A stretch of 64,000 nucleotides of DNA from Neoechinorhynchus agilis (taxonomy: Eukaryota > Animalia > Acanthocephala): assembly GCA_051530055.1 (NCBI GenBank), contig CM121341.1:12316784-12380783 (forward strand), written 5' to 3'. Position 1 is the first letter of the stretch. The number at the start of each line of letters is the position of its first letter. Shown piece by piece: positions 1 through 12,885 of the stretch. A program made the position numbers and the translations under genes. Below the pieces are notes generated by a model. That model was not told the origin of the DNA, made no database searches, and saw only the letters and a program-made list of their open reading frames with translations.

Positions 1-1265
1 TACGGAAAGATAGAAAAAATGCCTTTAATAATATATTAATGTTACAGTTTGCTCCATTGTAGATAACTAATTGATTTCAGCGAGCGTCGGAAGCTAGAAC
101 ATTCTTTAAGAATTAAATTAGACATTAAGGAGGAAGAATAAAGATTCGCAAATCCTTTAATCAGATTCTACAAATTGAGAATACTTCAAGTCTCACCTTT
201 AATGATGTAAATGGGGAATCGTACCGTTTGTGATTGTCAGGGATTACTCGCGAAATCGCATAGAAAGAATTTCGGATGTTCAACTACATGGTTTTTTATT
301 TACTTTTGCCTAAATTATTGTAAATAGTCTAAAATGGCAAAGTTTATCTTCTTCATCAGACTACTTTGATATTCGCGCCCTTCATTTGATAGGTTAAAAA
401 ATAATTCCGGATCGAACCCGTAACCCACTTAAAAATCAAAAACCGCATTCTTTGAACAAATCTGAACTCAAGTGTTCATGAGGACCCATAGGAGAACATG
501 GGTTTAATTCTTTGTTAAGTAACAAAGAAAGGTGTTATTATAGACAATTTTCGTCGGGGTGAATTTGATTCGAGTTTGGCGAACGCACATATTTAAAAAC
601 TTACAAGCAATATAACTGAAGAGGTAAGCAAAAAGCCTACGAAATATTTTAAAATAAATGATCAATACCAACAGCAATCCGGGGGAAAAACATCGCCAAA
701 CTCGAAAGGTTATTATTATAATTAATATCAGGTTCTAGGTTAATCTGTTTTGTTAAAAGTAGTTAGCGCGTTCTTTTATTGGCAAAATTTTCTTATTAAT
801 ACGAACATTCGTGAGTATTTTTAGTTTATAATCATGCGCAAAATATGTTGAGCTTATCGGTGGGAAAGTAGAAGTTTTTGAATGCGTGGATTGTAGTCAA
901 AAATTAAAGGTGTGCTTTTTATTGCATTGATTGATACTGATTAATAGCGCTTTTAAAATCGAACAAAATCTAGTGTCGATTTAAATTTTTTAATTCACAT
1001 CGTCTTGGCAGTTGGATATCTCTGGAAATTAAAAAACTCATTATTCATTGCGCTTTAATATAAGTCAAAGGTACTAGATTCGTGTTTAAAAAGTCTGTGA
1101 TTTATTTTATAGAGCAAGAACTCTTCTCGGCGAGACGAAAATGCAAATTGTGCCGTGCGAGGGAATGAAATTTTGATTATAAAGTCTCTTTTTACCTGTA
1201 TTCGTCTGTAAATTGAACATAAAGAGTTTATTCCTTAGGATTAATATTTTCTCAACAAAAAGAGT

Positions 1266-2053
1266 TTATAAACATCCACACCACCGCTCTGGATCACTTA
1301 GCTGCCGTCCTGATGTAACGGTCGAAAGGACGAATGCAGCGTTCCCTCGTTGTACAGCCAGACTTATGTTTTGTAGGATGAATGCTCCTGATCTCGGATC
1401 GTCAGTGATTCGTCTCAATCTCTTAGACAATTGCTTGAACAGTTCCTGTGCCGCGGTACCAAACGACCTGGGTGTCTCGACGCCAAAGGGAACAAAATAT
1501 TGATTTCGACTCAGGTCCCTGTATTTTGTCCTTTTGCGTTCCTCAGCGGCAGTTGCTGCTCCCCCTGGTTTAATGGCGGCGAATTTTATGTTGATGGCTG
1601 CGAGTGGTGTCCCAGAGAAGGCATTTTCCTTCTCGGCATGGGAATACAGTGACACCGTCCGGTATACGGCCATAGAGTCGGCAAAGATTGCTCGGCTCTA
1701 GGATGTTGGGCGCATTCACAGTATTCAGGGCACGGCTAAGAATTTCGTTCACTTCGGCGTGTCGTCAGTACCTTCCTCTCGATTGCCGACAGACGAGACC
1801 GTGGAATCCCGATGGTTCCACGGTCGCTCCGCAACGGCAGCGATGGGATGTGCACATCGGTACTCCAAGTCTCAGGGACACTGCAATCCTTTCTGTCTCG
1901 TCGGAGACGATTGGGATAGCGTTGAGCCAAGCACCCGATTCTCTTGTAGAGACTGCCGCTAATCGAGTTCGGTTCACCAGGCCACAAGAATCTGAAATTA
2001 AAGAGTTATGAATTCTCGCTACCAGGGGTGAGTCCCAAACTGATTGCTTGCAA
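1266..2053 (-). mobile_element. 5'-truncated CRE-clade (restriction-like endonuclease) non-LTR retrotransposon, 3' part
   Basis: CCHC knuckle (HRCRCGATVEPSGFHGLVC), RHAEVNEI, PDG..W..GKCLLWD and ISLAVQRGNAA motifs typical of RLE-type element C-termini; near-identical inverted copy of ~43210-43975. Confidence 0.85.
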
Positions 2054-2239
2054 CTTAAAACGAATAAAAACTTTAAGATCAACCCTTTTTAATTTTCGCT
2101 GCATTTCTTTTTTTCTACAATTTATTTAGCTTATATTAAACATCTGTAATACTTTAAATTGAAATGTTTAAGCGATGTGGAAATTTATCTGCCATTGCAA
2201 GCAATCAGTTTGGGACTCACCCCTGGTTGCGAGAATTCA
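2009..2239. repeat. 45-bp inverted repeat (2009-2053 / 2195-2239) at the 5' junction of the CRE copy
   Basis: tgaattctcgctaccaggggtgagtcccaaactgattgcttgcaa and its reverse complement with one mismatch, ~140 nt apart. Confidence 0.9.
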
Positions 2240-2997
2240 CAACCGATTTCGGTGGTGACAACGTATGGTAAAAAAACTAAAATTGTTTGAATATAAAGTA
2301 AGCGATTAAAATATTTCAGTGGTTTTCCATTTTTTCATTAAAAGCGAACTGGTGAATTTTTAACCGGAATCTTCACGTCCGTAGATGTCAGTGGAATTTA
2401 TCCTGCTTCTAACAAGTTACATTGCTAACAATAGTATTTTGAACTCGTCAGCAAAGTGCTTCTGGTGAGATAAAACCAAGAACGTGTAAGATTGACTTTA
2501 TGGATAAAATAAAAAATCTTACGTAATTCCGTTTTATTAACGAAGATTGAAATTTGATTTGGTGTGATCGATTCACATCTGAATTATCGTTGCTTCTAAA
2601 TTGAACGGTATACGCCAATGTATTCTTTTTTATTTAAAATGTTAGACCACGAGACTACTTTTAATTTTTTATTGAATAGTTATGATTACCGAACTGCACG
2701 GCATTGAACGTTCAAGAACGAATTACTTTGTCACCTTTGTCCTCTCAAAAGCATCCACCGACACATTTTACTTGCAAAACTTGAGTAAAAAACATGCATT
2801 GATTGTACGGTGTTGTTAAGATGAAGTTTTCCATAAAAAGTCGAATTTTAGCGATGAAGAAACTAATTTTTTAACTCATGCATACGAATATTATCAATAT
2901 TGCACTATCACATTGGGCCTATCCTTCTTGACTTACTGAATTGGACATCTTCTGAATGGCGCAAACCACTTTATCTACTTTAGAATTGAAAGGCTAT

Positions 2998-4818
2998 CTA
3001 ATTAAAATTTGTTTTACCTGTCATCTGTTGAACTTGAGGCGGTTGTATAAGAACGCAGAATACAAAGTAGAATATGAGTCCTCCCAGAATCAAAGCGAGA
3101 CTACCGGCACAAGCCGCCGGTTCGCGAATCAACGATAAAACCACAATAAAGGTCATTCCAATCAGAAATACGATTGGAAACACTAAGTTGATCTAATTTG
3201 GACAAAAATCAAATTCATTATTAGACTATAAAATGCTTTCAATCAAAATAAAACGGTAAAACATTGAAAGTTTCGATACAAACCTGTTTCTGTTTACTTG
3301 GAATTTTTCGATTTTTCCACCTTAAGTAAAAGTAAGCAGTTGACGTTATACAATAAAAGAACGCATGGCTGAAAGATGTCATGTTTATGAGGAAAATGAT
3401 TGAGCCGATTGAAATGTAGACAATTGTAAATAGTGCCTATGTTTAGGAATCATATAACTTTTCGTTTTATGTTAGAAAAAAGCTTAACCAAGACCACGAT
3501 CGATATTAGTGGTGTGATATAATCAACGCTGATCATTGCCATAATAATGGGCATATGACCATTCCTTGCGGCACTGAATCCGATTCTGTTTTTTTAAATA
3601 AGTTAAAACAAAAGGTAGGTTTTAAAAAATATACCTGGTAAAAGCGAATAGTGCACTGTTTAGAAATCCAAATACCGTTAGAGATACAAGAACGGAAATG
3701 ACAACTCCCAGTGGTTCGTAAAGCGCTCTTAATGCGGTCTAAAGAATAAGTCGGAAATTAAAATTACAAAATAAAAACCATTTTTGTTACTCACAACAGC
3801 TATCGCCGGTGATGTAATCGCCTGCTCGATTGGAATCATTGCAAAATATGCGATATTTGTTAGAATGTATTCTGAGATTTCTCCTTTTTTTTCGGATTGT
3901 TTATATGAAAAACAAGAAACCGTCAGACGAAAGAGTAATGACCGTTCCGAGTCCCATGAATATCGATCGTGGTAAATTTCTAGTTGAAATAATCAAAATA
4001 AAGAGCCATAAAGATTTTTTTAAATAAATACGGACTTCTCAGGATCTTTTAGCTCCTCAACAACATAATTAAGAAAATTCCTAAATCGTATAAGATAAAT
4101 TCTGATTAAAAGCAATAACTCACCATCCATTAAAAGCAAATATTGTCCCATAAAAAGAAATCACGATATCAAGTGGCTTGTCTGTAGTTGATGTGAACCC
4201 ATCTTGATAGTATTTTCCACCACCGATTGCGAATGCATAGATTCCAGCAATTAGTATTCCCACAAGTGCTATGAATTTCCCGGCAGCAAATAAGACCTGT
4301 ATTCTAGATGCCCATACAACGCTCCTGCAGTTGATGTAAGCAATCGCAGTAAGAGCTAAAATTGCGAGGATGTATCTAGGAGGTTGTGGTATTGAACACG
4401 GGAATATTGCAAGAAGAAGATAGTTTGCAAATGAAAGTGAACCGGCCGCAAGTGAGGAAGGAGAACCGAGTACAATTCTTGTCCAGGCGAACATAAACGC
4501 CACTGGTGCTCCGTAGATTCTAAGAAGATATTCGTAGTCGCCACCTGTCTTAGGCATCATGACCCCGAGTTCAGCGTACATTAGAGCTCCACAAATAGCC
4601 AACATTCCTGATAGTGCCCAAACTATAAGTGCGACAGGGATTGATCCGCAAAGTTTGAGAACTTCACCAGGTGTAATGAATATTCCACTGCCAATCATTG
4701 AACTTACGATGACGGATACACCGTCCATCAAACCAAGCTCTTTTCTTAAGATGATTTTTTTATCCTTCCTGGGTGCATTATTGGCGTTTTCATTCTGCGT
4801 TTGATCAGCTGTAATCAT
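2998..4818 (-). CDS. SLC7-family (LAT / y+LAT / b0,+AT-like) amino-acid transporter light chain, multi-exon
   Basis: IGSGIFITPG, GALMYAELG, GGDYEYL, FAFNGW|NFLNYVVEELKDPEK|NLPRSI, YILTNIAYF, ARNGHMP, RWK motifs. Exons joined by short GT-AG introns (e.g. TG|GTGAGT near 4123, GTT|GTGAGT near 3794); one junction at 3870-3930 is anomalous. Confidence 0.93.
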
Positions 4819-4851
4819 CTGCGTGCAGATATCGACGGGACGATGAGCATT

Positions 4852-5575
4852 TTAAACAAAAAGTGAGAATTCTTGGTGAATGAGTGTACTCAAATATGCA
4901 CTTACATCTTCTGAGCTTATAAAAGAATGAGTTTTAACGCCTACAAAATGTCTCGAAACAATGAGCGTCAAAGTATGAAACATTTCTCCGGGCTTTAAAT
5001 ATAGATTTTTGCGCGGAAAGCTCAAAAAGATAGGGCACACTTGAGAAGAGAATTGGCAACCAAACTTTGAAGGAGATCCTCTAATATAGTGCTCTTTTGA
5101 TCGCTTTTTGTTCGCGAAACAGATTATACATGATTTTCACTTGGAGTCATTTAAAGTGAATGCACAAGCACCAACTACTTCTTCGAAAAAAACAATTTTA
5201 AAGTGAATGCACAAACACCAACTACTTTTTCGAAAAAAACAATTTAACTGATTGATTTAGTGGTTGCGTTGCTCCGTTTAGCTCACTTTAATTATTTTGC
5301 CATTAATCCGGTTATGATTATTCAAAACATTTAAATTTATTTTTACATCTGCTCAATTTTGCATTTAAAATCTACACAATTGAAATCTCAATCAGTTCTA
5401 AGAATGCAAAAAATTTCTTTAGCAATAAATTTAAATTGATTTTCGCGTCGCTCAAGGTCAAAGACAAAATATTTTTTTGTTCGCCATCAACGATTCGTGA
5501 AAGTCCTACTTTGAAATTGATATGTAACGATATTCTATGAGTACAATCACCAATATTTACACTCATAGCTTCCAT
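4852..5575 (-). CDS. Possible small two-exon gene of unknown function between GCN2 and SLC7
   Basis: 67-aa ORF starting 10 nt after the GCN2 stop, plus coding-like frames at ~4852-5140 (ILEDLLQSLVANSLLKCALS / FPRKNLYLKPGEMFH) that need a 1-nt shift in a T-run; no family recognised. Confidence 0.3.
5150..5246. repeat. 47-bp tandem duplication
   Basis: ttaaagtgaatgcacaa(g/a)caccaactactt(c/t)ttcgaaaaaaacaatt at 5151 and 5198. Confidence 0.9.
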
Positions 5576-5584
5576 TCAATAATT

Positions 5585-8500
5585 TTAAGGCAAACTTGTG
5601 GTCACAACAAGTAGTGTATAATCATTGTCCGGAATGGAATATAATACAATAACGCGATTGTTGTGTACATACCTGGCTTCACATACATAGTTTGCAACTT
5701 CCGTCAAATGATCCGCATCGGGTCTCCGCAACTCCGATACCAGTTCAGCAACATCTTCCTCAAAAGCTTCTTTTTCACTCAAATTGACATTAATTCGTCC
5801 ACTTATCAACTTCATAAGGTTAATACTTGAATTCGTCAATATAAAAGAAGTCGAAACCGAAGGAAGGAAAATCTGCGCCAATGCCCTCAATCGATACTTT
5901 ATTATCCCCTCATATTTTCTTTTAGAAATCCCTTGGCAGCAAATTATATTGTGAACATTCGAAGATCCGAAAGCTGATTTATGAATTGTGCTCGTACGAT
6001 ACGGTCTGATTGCATGTTGACTGCCTTGATTCGATGGGTCTTTGATTTGTTCGTACAGGTTCCAACACTTGTCATATCCATCTTCATCGTTGATTCGATA
6101 AGACTTTTGTGGATGTTCATCGGTCAATCGAGTGCTCAGGTTGAACGTTAATCCCTGTTTCCATGCATTTCGACATATATCGGTGAGATGTGGATGTAAA
6201 TGGGTGTTTCCTGGAGCGAGTACGTCCATGGGAGTTTTAAAGTCGTTGCCATTAAATCGAAACACTGTCTTACAAAACTTGTCCATGTTGATTAAAAGTC
6301 CTATTGCGTGACCGAAAAATGAACTTTCGCCCGGAGTGCTGATCGCAATACGATATAAAAGTTTATCATAGCGTCCGCCACTACAAATTATCTCGCGTTT
6401 ATCCGCTCCTGGATGTACTAGGACGCATTGAAAAAATACGCCTTTATAATCCGTGGGGAAAAGCGAGGGAGCGAAATGGACCTTTGGCGATGGAATGAGA
6501 AGGTTAGTACTTATGTATTTAAGTGCAAACCTAATAAAATAATCACCATGGACAAAGTGTTGCATCTAATACTTATAACCTATTGGTTACGTAAAGAACA
6601 TAAAATAAAATATGTAATAAAATCCTGACTTCATATTTCATTAAAAAAAGAATTAAACTAGACTAATAAAATTTCACGAAAAAAACGTGTGCCCTAAAAT
6701 CCTGATTTAAAATTTAAGATATTCTACACATATAATTCAAATATAAATTCAAGACAAATGATCAAATTACACAGTGCAATCATCCATTGAAAGGGCGAAC
6801 TTTCAAATTAGATTGAAAATGATCAGTTTAAAGATCTGACTGAAATGGCATATTTTAATTTAGTCTTAAATCTAAAAAATATGACATACCAATAAGTCCT
6901 TAAATTATTAAAGAGTTTGCAACACGTTGTCTCTTAATAGTTTGTTTTTCAAGTTTAGAAACCTACGGAACTGAGTACTCACTTCAAACGAACACTCTGA
7001 TTTCCTCAAACCCATCACAAGCGAATATATTTCCTCGAGAGCTACTTTTAATTTCGTTCTTTCCTAAATTATGAAAATATTTGCGAATTCTTTTAAATGT
7101 GTTCCCCACCTTATTTTTTAACATATACGCAAATTTAGTCTGACAATCGTGGACAGGTACTTCCAATTTTATTAAGATCGATTCAAAAGCAAAGAAAACG
7201 CTTTAAAGCGACCTCGCTAAAAGATAAAGGAGTTCATTAATGGGCTTATCACCGATTTTGGATCTAAGTTCGTCTATTTTGCCAACACTTAAAGCCTGAA
7301 TGATTGCTGGAAAGTAAGCCTCTAAATCGATTCCAGCAGACTGTACTAATTCAGTCAAAACATCTGAATGACTTATGCGTACGATTAAATCATTGGCTGG
7401 TATGCTAGGCAAGTTGGCAGATATGATTTCGTCTAGTACAGAGAGGACTTCAAGTTCCGGCAATAGAGTCTTATCGTTCATTGTCACAATATCAAAAGAG
7501 CATTCGTTGGTTTGAAGAGGATGACCGACCGAAGACGAGTATGTCATTCCAAACTCAAATCTTTTAATATATTGGATATTATTGTGAACAACGTAGATCC
7601 CAAACGCCTCTCTCAAATCATTCCTTAATTTATGAACACTGCCATCGGCTCCCATGATGACATCAAAGTAATTTTGACCTGTAAGACGCGGACACAGGGT
7701 TGGACTCTGAGTCGAAACAGCTCCATGTCTTAAAAATATCTGAGATAAACTAGCATATACCTTCAAAAATACAGAAGCCTCACTGTGTTGCAATTTAGGG
7801 GAAATCTTTTCAAAATCATAAAATCGATTTGTAGGCAATGGATGATCATTCAAAAGCATCACCATAAGTCTCCTAAATGCCGTAGAATTCCGATCGCGTA
7901 AAGCGATCTTTATAATTTCGTTTATTTGTTCACTCGATCCTTTTGGGATCAAATCAGATTTTAAGATCGACACAGCGCTTGGACGTAGACTTGCATCGTG
8001 GTTCAAAAGCTGTCTTACAAGCCTATATTGAAGAGAATTGCGATTCCCGTTCGGCCAGATAATCTCTGGCCTTCTCACATCCATAATAGCGAGTGCTCGT
8101 TCGCTGGCAGTCGAGAAATAATTCCACATTTCGTATAGGATTATACCAAGACTGTACATATCGACCGATGGTGTAGCTTTTGCGGATTTAGGACGAAGAA
8201 GTTCGGGTGCCATATACGAAAATGTTCCGACTGCGCTCGAAGAAATAGTCGAATCTAAATCTCCGGTGCCCTGCATCGACGCCCTGTTTATCTGCTGGTG
8301 ACCCGTGTCTGCCATTGTAGCCGCTAGACCGAAATCGCCGATTTTTGCATTATTTAATGAATCAAAGAAAATATTAGCTGGTTTCAAATCTCTATGTATC
8401 ACCGCTTTTGAATGAATATATGAAAGACCTTCGAGAATGTCGCGAAATATTCGCCAAATAAGATCACTTCGGCCGTTCAAATATCCGTTGTCTAGAATGT

Positions 8501-11377
8501 GCAAAAGGGAACTTCCTTCACAATACTCCATTTGGATAAACAGTACTTGATGAGAACTGCATTCGTTTATTGAGCAATCGTTTGACCATTTAGAAATTGA
8601 CCTATCATCGTAGCCATCCTCGTCAGCGCTATAATCATCACGAAATTCGATTTTCACACTTTCTGTTTCGCGCTTCGGCATAAAACTTATTGATTGGGTG
8701 CTTTCTTCACTAGAGCTATCCAGCTCCGAATCTGATTGTCTCAAATCACCAGCAACGTCAGTCCATGTTGCAAAATATCGAACTACGTTCGGATGGTAAA
8801 GTTTTGACAAGACTGCACTTTCCTTCACAATTGCCCGATTTTCTTTATTGCTTTTTCTCGAAAGTTCAACCATTTTAATGGCATACATCGAAGAATCGAA
8901 TTTGTTTTTAACTTTCCATACACGACCGAACCCACCCTTTCCAATCATTGAAACAATTTCAAAATCACGATCGAGACGACAATATTCGTTCATTTGTTCT
9001 TTTAATAAATCCATTTGATCGATTATTTCTTCATAAACAGCCGAATCGGAGTTTGGTTTTAAGAACGGATGAGATTTAAGTGCTGATATTGACGAGCTTG
9101 GATTATAACACTTTTCTATAAAAGTTAACAACTTCGTCGGTGTGCTGGTTGGAATATGCAAATCAAATTTCATGACAGAACAGCGTTAGTATGACCAAGG
9201 TATTTTTAAACGTTTACAAAAATCAAAGATATGGATTTACTTTTCAGAATTTTGTGTATATATCAATAAATACGAATTATTTTAAACGTAAGATAAGATA
9301 TTGGTTTTTCGTTCATATTGCGGATAAATTCCAAAATGACGTAATCTATGTATTAAGGACGTTCCCTGATTAACTTAATAAAGCACCTTTTAAAAGCGGG
9401 AAAAATCGAATCCTACCAGAAACCGAATACACTAATACTTACGCCGTCTGTTTTAAACATTCTCCTTGATAAAGAGAAAGAGCCAAGGTTCCAGCATCCT
9501 GAATATCGATCGAATTAGCAATTGCACTCTTTAAGGTATTGCCGGTAAGATATTCGGCAAAGAGTTGATCCACCTTCGGGACAATATCATGAGCGCAAAT
9601 GACAAAATCTCCGTCTGTTCCAATGAGAACTGTACCACAAGAAATGGATCCAGCGACAATATTCGCTTCGTGAAGCAGAGAAATCGAATCGACTACTGAT
9701 GACAGAACCTTTCGAATAAAGTCCTCACCAAATGTCTGACCGGGAGCCGATGAACCAACGGCGTTCAACATTACACTAAGAGGTAATGCACCGGGTCTCA
9801 TTTCCGTTAGAACATCAAGAGTAACTATTGATTTGCTTACAAATAGATCGTAAGATACGTAATTCTCAGTTGATTTGAACTTATTTCTTATTAGATGATC
9901 AAATCGTTTTAAAATGCATTCCAACTATTTAAAGAAGATGTAATTAGGGGAAGATTTGACTCCAAAATTAAGACTTGCCTTTTCCTTGAAGGTATCAACC
10001 GTCTTATCGTTTGATCCCTTTCCAAATACAATTTCCCAACTGTAAACCCGGACAAGAGCGCCCGAATCAGCGATGGAACCGCAGTATACAGAGTGGATAT
10101 CGGTGGAAAATGTAGAGAGCGTGCAGGAAAGATTAACCGATACAGATTTGTACCTCCGAAAATCCAGTCGATCATGGACAGCATGAGGAAATCGATTTAG
10201 AGTAACATAATCGTCAGGACTTGAATCATTAATTTGATCCTTGTCATATTCGACTCCAGAACGGAGAGTCGAAATTCTCCGTCGTTGACAGGAGTGTTTA
10301 TGTTCGAAGAATGTACTAAGGTAATGAACAATTGATTCTATTATTGGATAGATCATGTGCTATTGTGATATTCGTTGTTAGTTTGTATAACAACGATTTT
10401 ATAGACTTACCCCACGTAAACAATTTCGACCAACAACCATGGCCTTTTCGGCGGCCTCGTTCAAGATTTGCTCAGTAAGTGGATTTTCAACGACAATAAG
10501 AGAAGGTGCTGGCATCACTTTAAGTTTCGGAAGACTAAAAAATAATTATTAAATTTAACGAACAGCTGAGGTTTACGTATGGTTGCATTCTTAAATACCG
10601 AAAAGGTAAGGTTTTTGGATCATGCAAACATTGGATTCTATAAGGAAAGCAGCAAGCAAGAATAGTGTGCAACCACTACTAGAAATCAAAATTAACGACG
10701 TAGTCAGGCAAATTATAGATTGTAAACATTCTAAAAGTGCGTCCATGATAGGACTATCAGAAAAGTTTACCGAGGTCATTGATTTTTTAAACCATTAAAT
10801 TTTATTTGTTAAAGTACAAAACGTGTAATCACCACCGTCCGCAAAATTGGAGCTTCTCTCCTTCCTCGGCTGTCGCTATCACGCTAGCAGCATTAACATC
10901 AAAACGAAGAATATTCGAATAAATTAGATTAAAGAAAAGTAAACATAGCGATTAGAATGTGCATACAATCAATTCCATACTAAATACCTAGGAGAAAACG
11001 ACAAAATCTTTCAATGGGAAAAATAACATCAAATATCTCAAAGATTAAAAGTCAATTTTCGCAAACTTCATCAACATAGGAAAATGCTCTAACCTGCTGG
11101 GGTAACATTTTGGAAATGTAAATTGAACAATAGCGAGTTCCTTAATTTGTCCACCCCAGGAATGTATTAACAATCGAATGGTTACCATAAATCCGCACAT
11201 CTGTGGGGTTTTAGCCTGTTGATTTTAAAAGCACTCTAAAGATCATCTAACCTCCAGATCATCAATTTTATCGGTTTCGGAAATTCGAGAAACCTTCAGT
11301 TGCTTTGCATAGATGTAATTGAGGCAGTGGAGTTCAGATCGAACACATTCATTGTCAACGTGTCTTAAATTTACCAT
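5585..11377 (-). CDS. EIF2AK4: eIF2-alpha kinase GCN2 (RWD, pseudokinase, kinase, HisRS-like, C-terminal domain), multi-exon
   Basis: RWD exons (ATG 11377 ECVRSELHCLNYIY; VQFTFPKCYPS|SLPKLKV via intron 10535-11093; CLRG|HMIYP). Kinase IGKGGFGRVWKV, LFIQMEYCEG, HRDLKPANIF, KIGDFGLA, VGTFSYMAPE. HisRS-like FFQC..IICSGGRYD; C-terminal VLYSIPDNDY. Confidence 0.95.
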
Positions 11378-11712
11378 TGATTAAGCGAATCTGAAAACTT
11401 AATGAACGATTACAGAGGCGTCCAAACCATATACACTTCTTATAACTGCAACGACGACGTATTGCATAAAAAGACTACAGTCACTTCATGAAGTGTTAAA
11501 TATACGCAACCCTGAGATGTGTACTATTTTCGGGCGTAGAAATATTTGAAATGGTTTTGATATAAGAATTTCAGAAAGCGAAAATCGCAAAGATTTGATG
11601 TGGCGAGAGAGAAGTTTCGAACGAAATGATCGAATTAAAGGATGCCATTTAAGACTACAGTTCTTATTCGAGCTTTGTAACGAAGATTCAAAGGGGTAGA
11701 AATAGAAATTCA

Positions 11713-11933
11713 TAAATATTGACCTGTGGTGAATATACTCGCCCGAAATAAATTTTTTTTATTGTAATGAAATATTTCGAAAGAGGAAACCTCGCCTCAT
11801 CAATCATTGTTAAAGTGTTTTATTCGCACACACTTTAACAATGATTGATGAGGCGAGGTTTCTTAGTGAAATATTTCAGTACAATAAAATGATTTTTAAT
11901 CGGGTGAGTATATTCACCACAAGTCAATATTTA
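11713..11933. mobile_element. Foldback / MITE-like element
   Basis: Perfect 33-bp inner arms (11786-11818 / 11830-11862) and imperfect outer arms (taaatattgacctgtggtgaatatactcgcccga vs its reverse complement); related fragment near 55985-56030. Confidence 0.85.
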
Positions 11934-12099
11934 CCATCCCGAGGGATTTTCTCGATGTGATTAATTCCTAAATAGGATGAATGATGCGAAATTCTAACTC
12001 AATTTCGACAGACACTAAATAACGAGGATGCACGTTAAGATATTCACGGTGATAGATTTAAATCACGAATTGATCTTGCTTGCGCCTACATCGAAGGAA

Positions 12100-12270
12100 C
12101 TTTTTATTAAGTATCAATGTGCGGCCTTTTTGCATGGCTGATAATTTTCCTTGGGCACACAGCCCACCGATCTGGTTCAAGGAAGCGCAAAATCACTAAT
12201 TACCCAAAAAATTTAGATAGAATTGATCAAATGACTTATAAAAATCGATGGAAATATACATTCGTTTTTA
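12100..12270 (+). mobile_element. Partial copy of a TIR-bearing non-autonomous element family
   Basis: ttttattaagtatcaatgtgcggccttttt...ggctgataattttcc...cagcccaccgatctgg matches 41598-41690 and 39560-39650; tail caaatgacttataaaaatcgat also occurs at ~22723. Confidence 0.75.
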
Positions 12271-12885
12271 ATGATCTCTTTCGAAGTCGTTAACAAGCGA
12301 ACTAAATAACAATATATTACTTGTTAATCATAGAATTTCGAGAATTGTCTTTTATTGCATTTGTCGATACCGTCAAATTACTCGAGAAGACTACACTAAA
12401 ATTACTTTTTAGAACTACAAGCAATAGTTAAAAAAATAAAATTCAAAAAGTGCAAATAAATAAATCGAATGTAAATGAAACTTCTTAACATTGAAATCTG
12501 AAATGCAAAGCGAATTTCTTTTCTCTCGGATTTGTGAACTGGAACCTGAGTGTGTAATTTTTAAAATTCGACTATTGTGTGACATCATTATCCTTCCCAC
12601 GAGTCCAGCGATCATTGTATTAAATGGCATAAACACCTTCGAAAAATCAACAAGCAAAATTCAAGAATTTTACAATTACGCCTTCGTTCAAAAACTAACA
12701 ACGATCGAAATCAATTCGCTCATTTAAGACAATGGTGATCACTAGTTAAAAAGAAGGATTATCAATTATCCGTAAATTTGAAAATCGAACGCGCTCTATT
12801 TGTCTGGAAGAATCGTATTAGCTCACTCTTTTTTTTAGTTAACAGGGTCGCTGTCTAGTTCACGTTTTCTTGCTACTCCCCTCCA

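Noticed and set aside
6478-7000. Further non-canonical splicing in the GCN2 HisRS-like region (GTGAGT after an in-frame TGA; hairpin at ~6485-6550)
   Set aside because: Canonical in-frame solutions exist (TTC|GTTTGA to tag|ATG; TTT|GTCCAT to aag|GTC with a TACTAAC branch), and the protein is too diverged to choose among them.
10591-10779. 62-aa ORF as the GCN2 N-terminus
   Set aside because: The true RWD exons lie at ~11094-11377 and splice in frame over it (intron 10535-11093).
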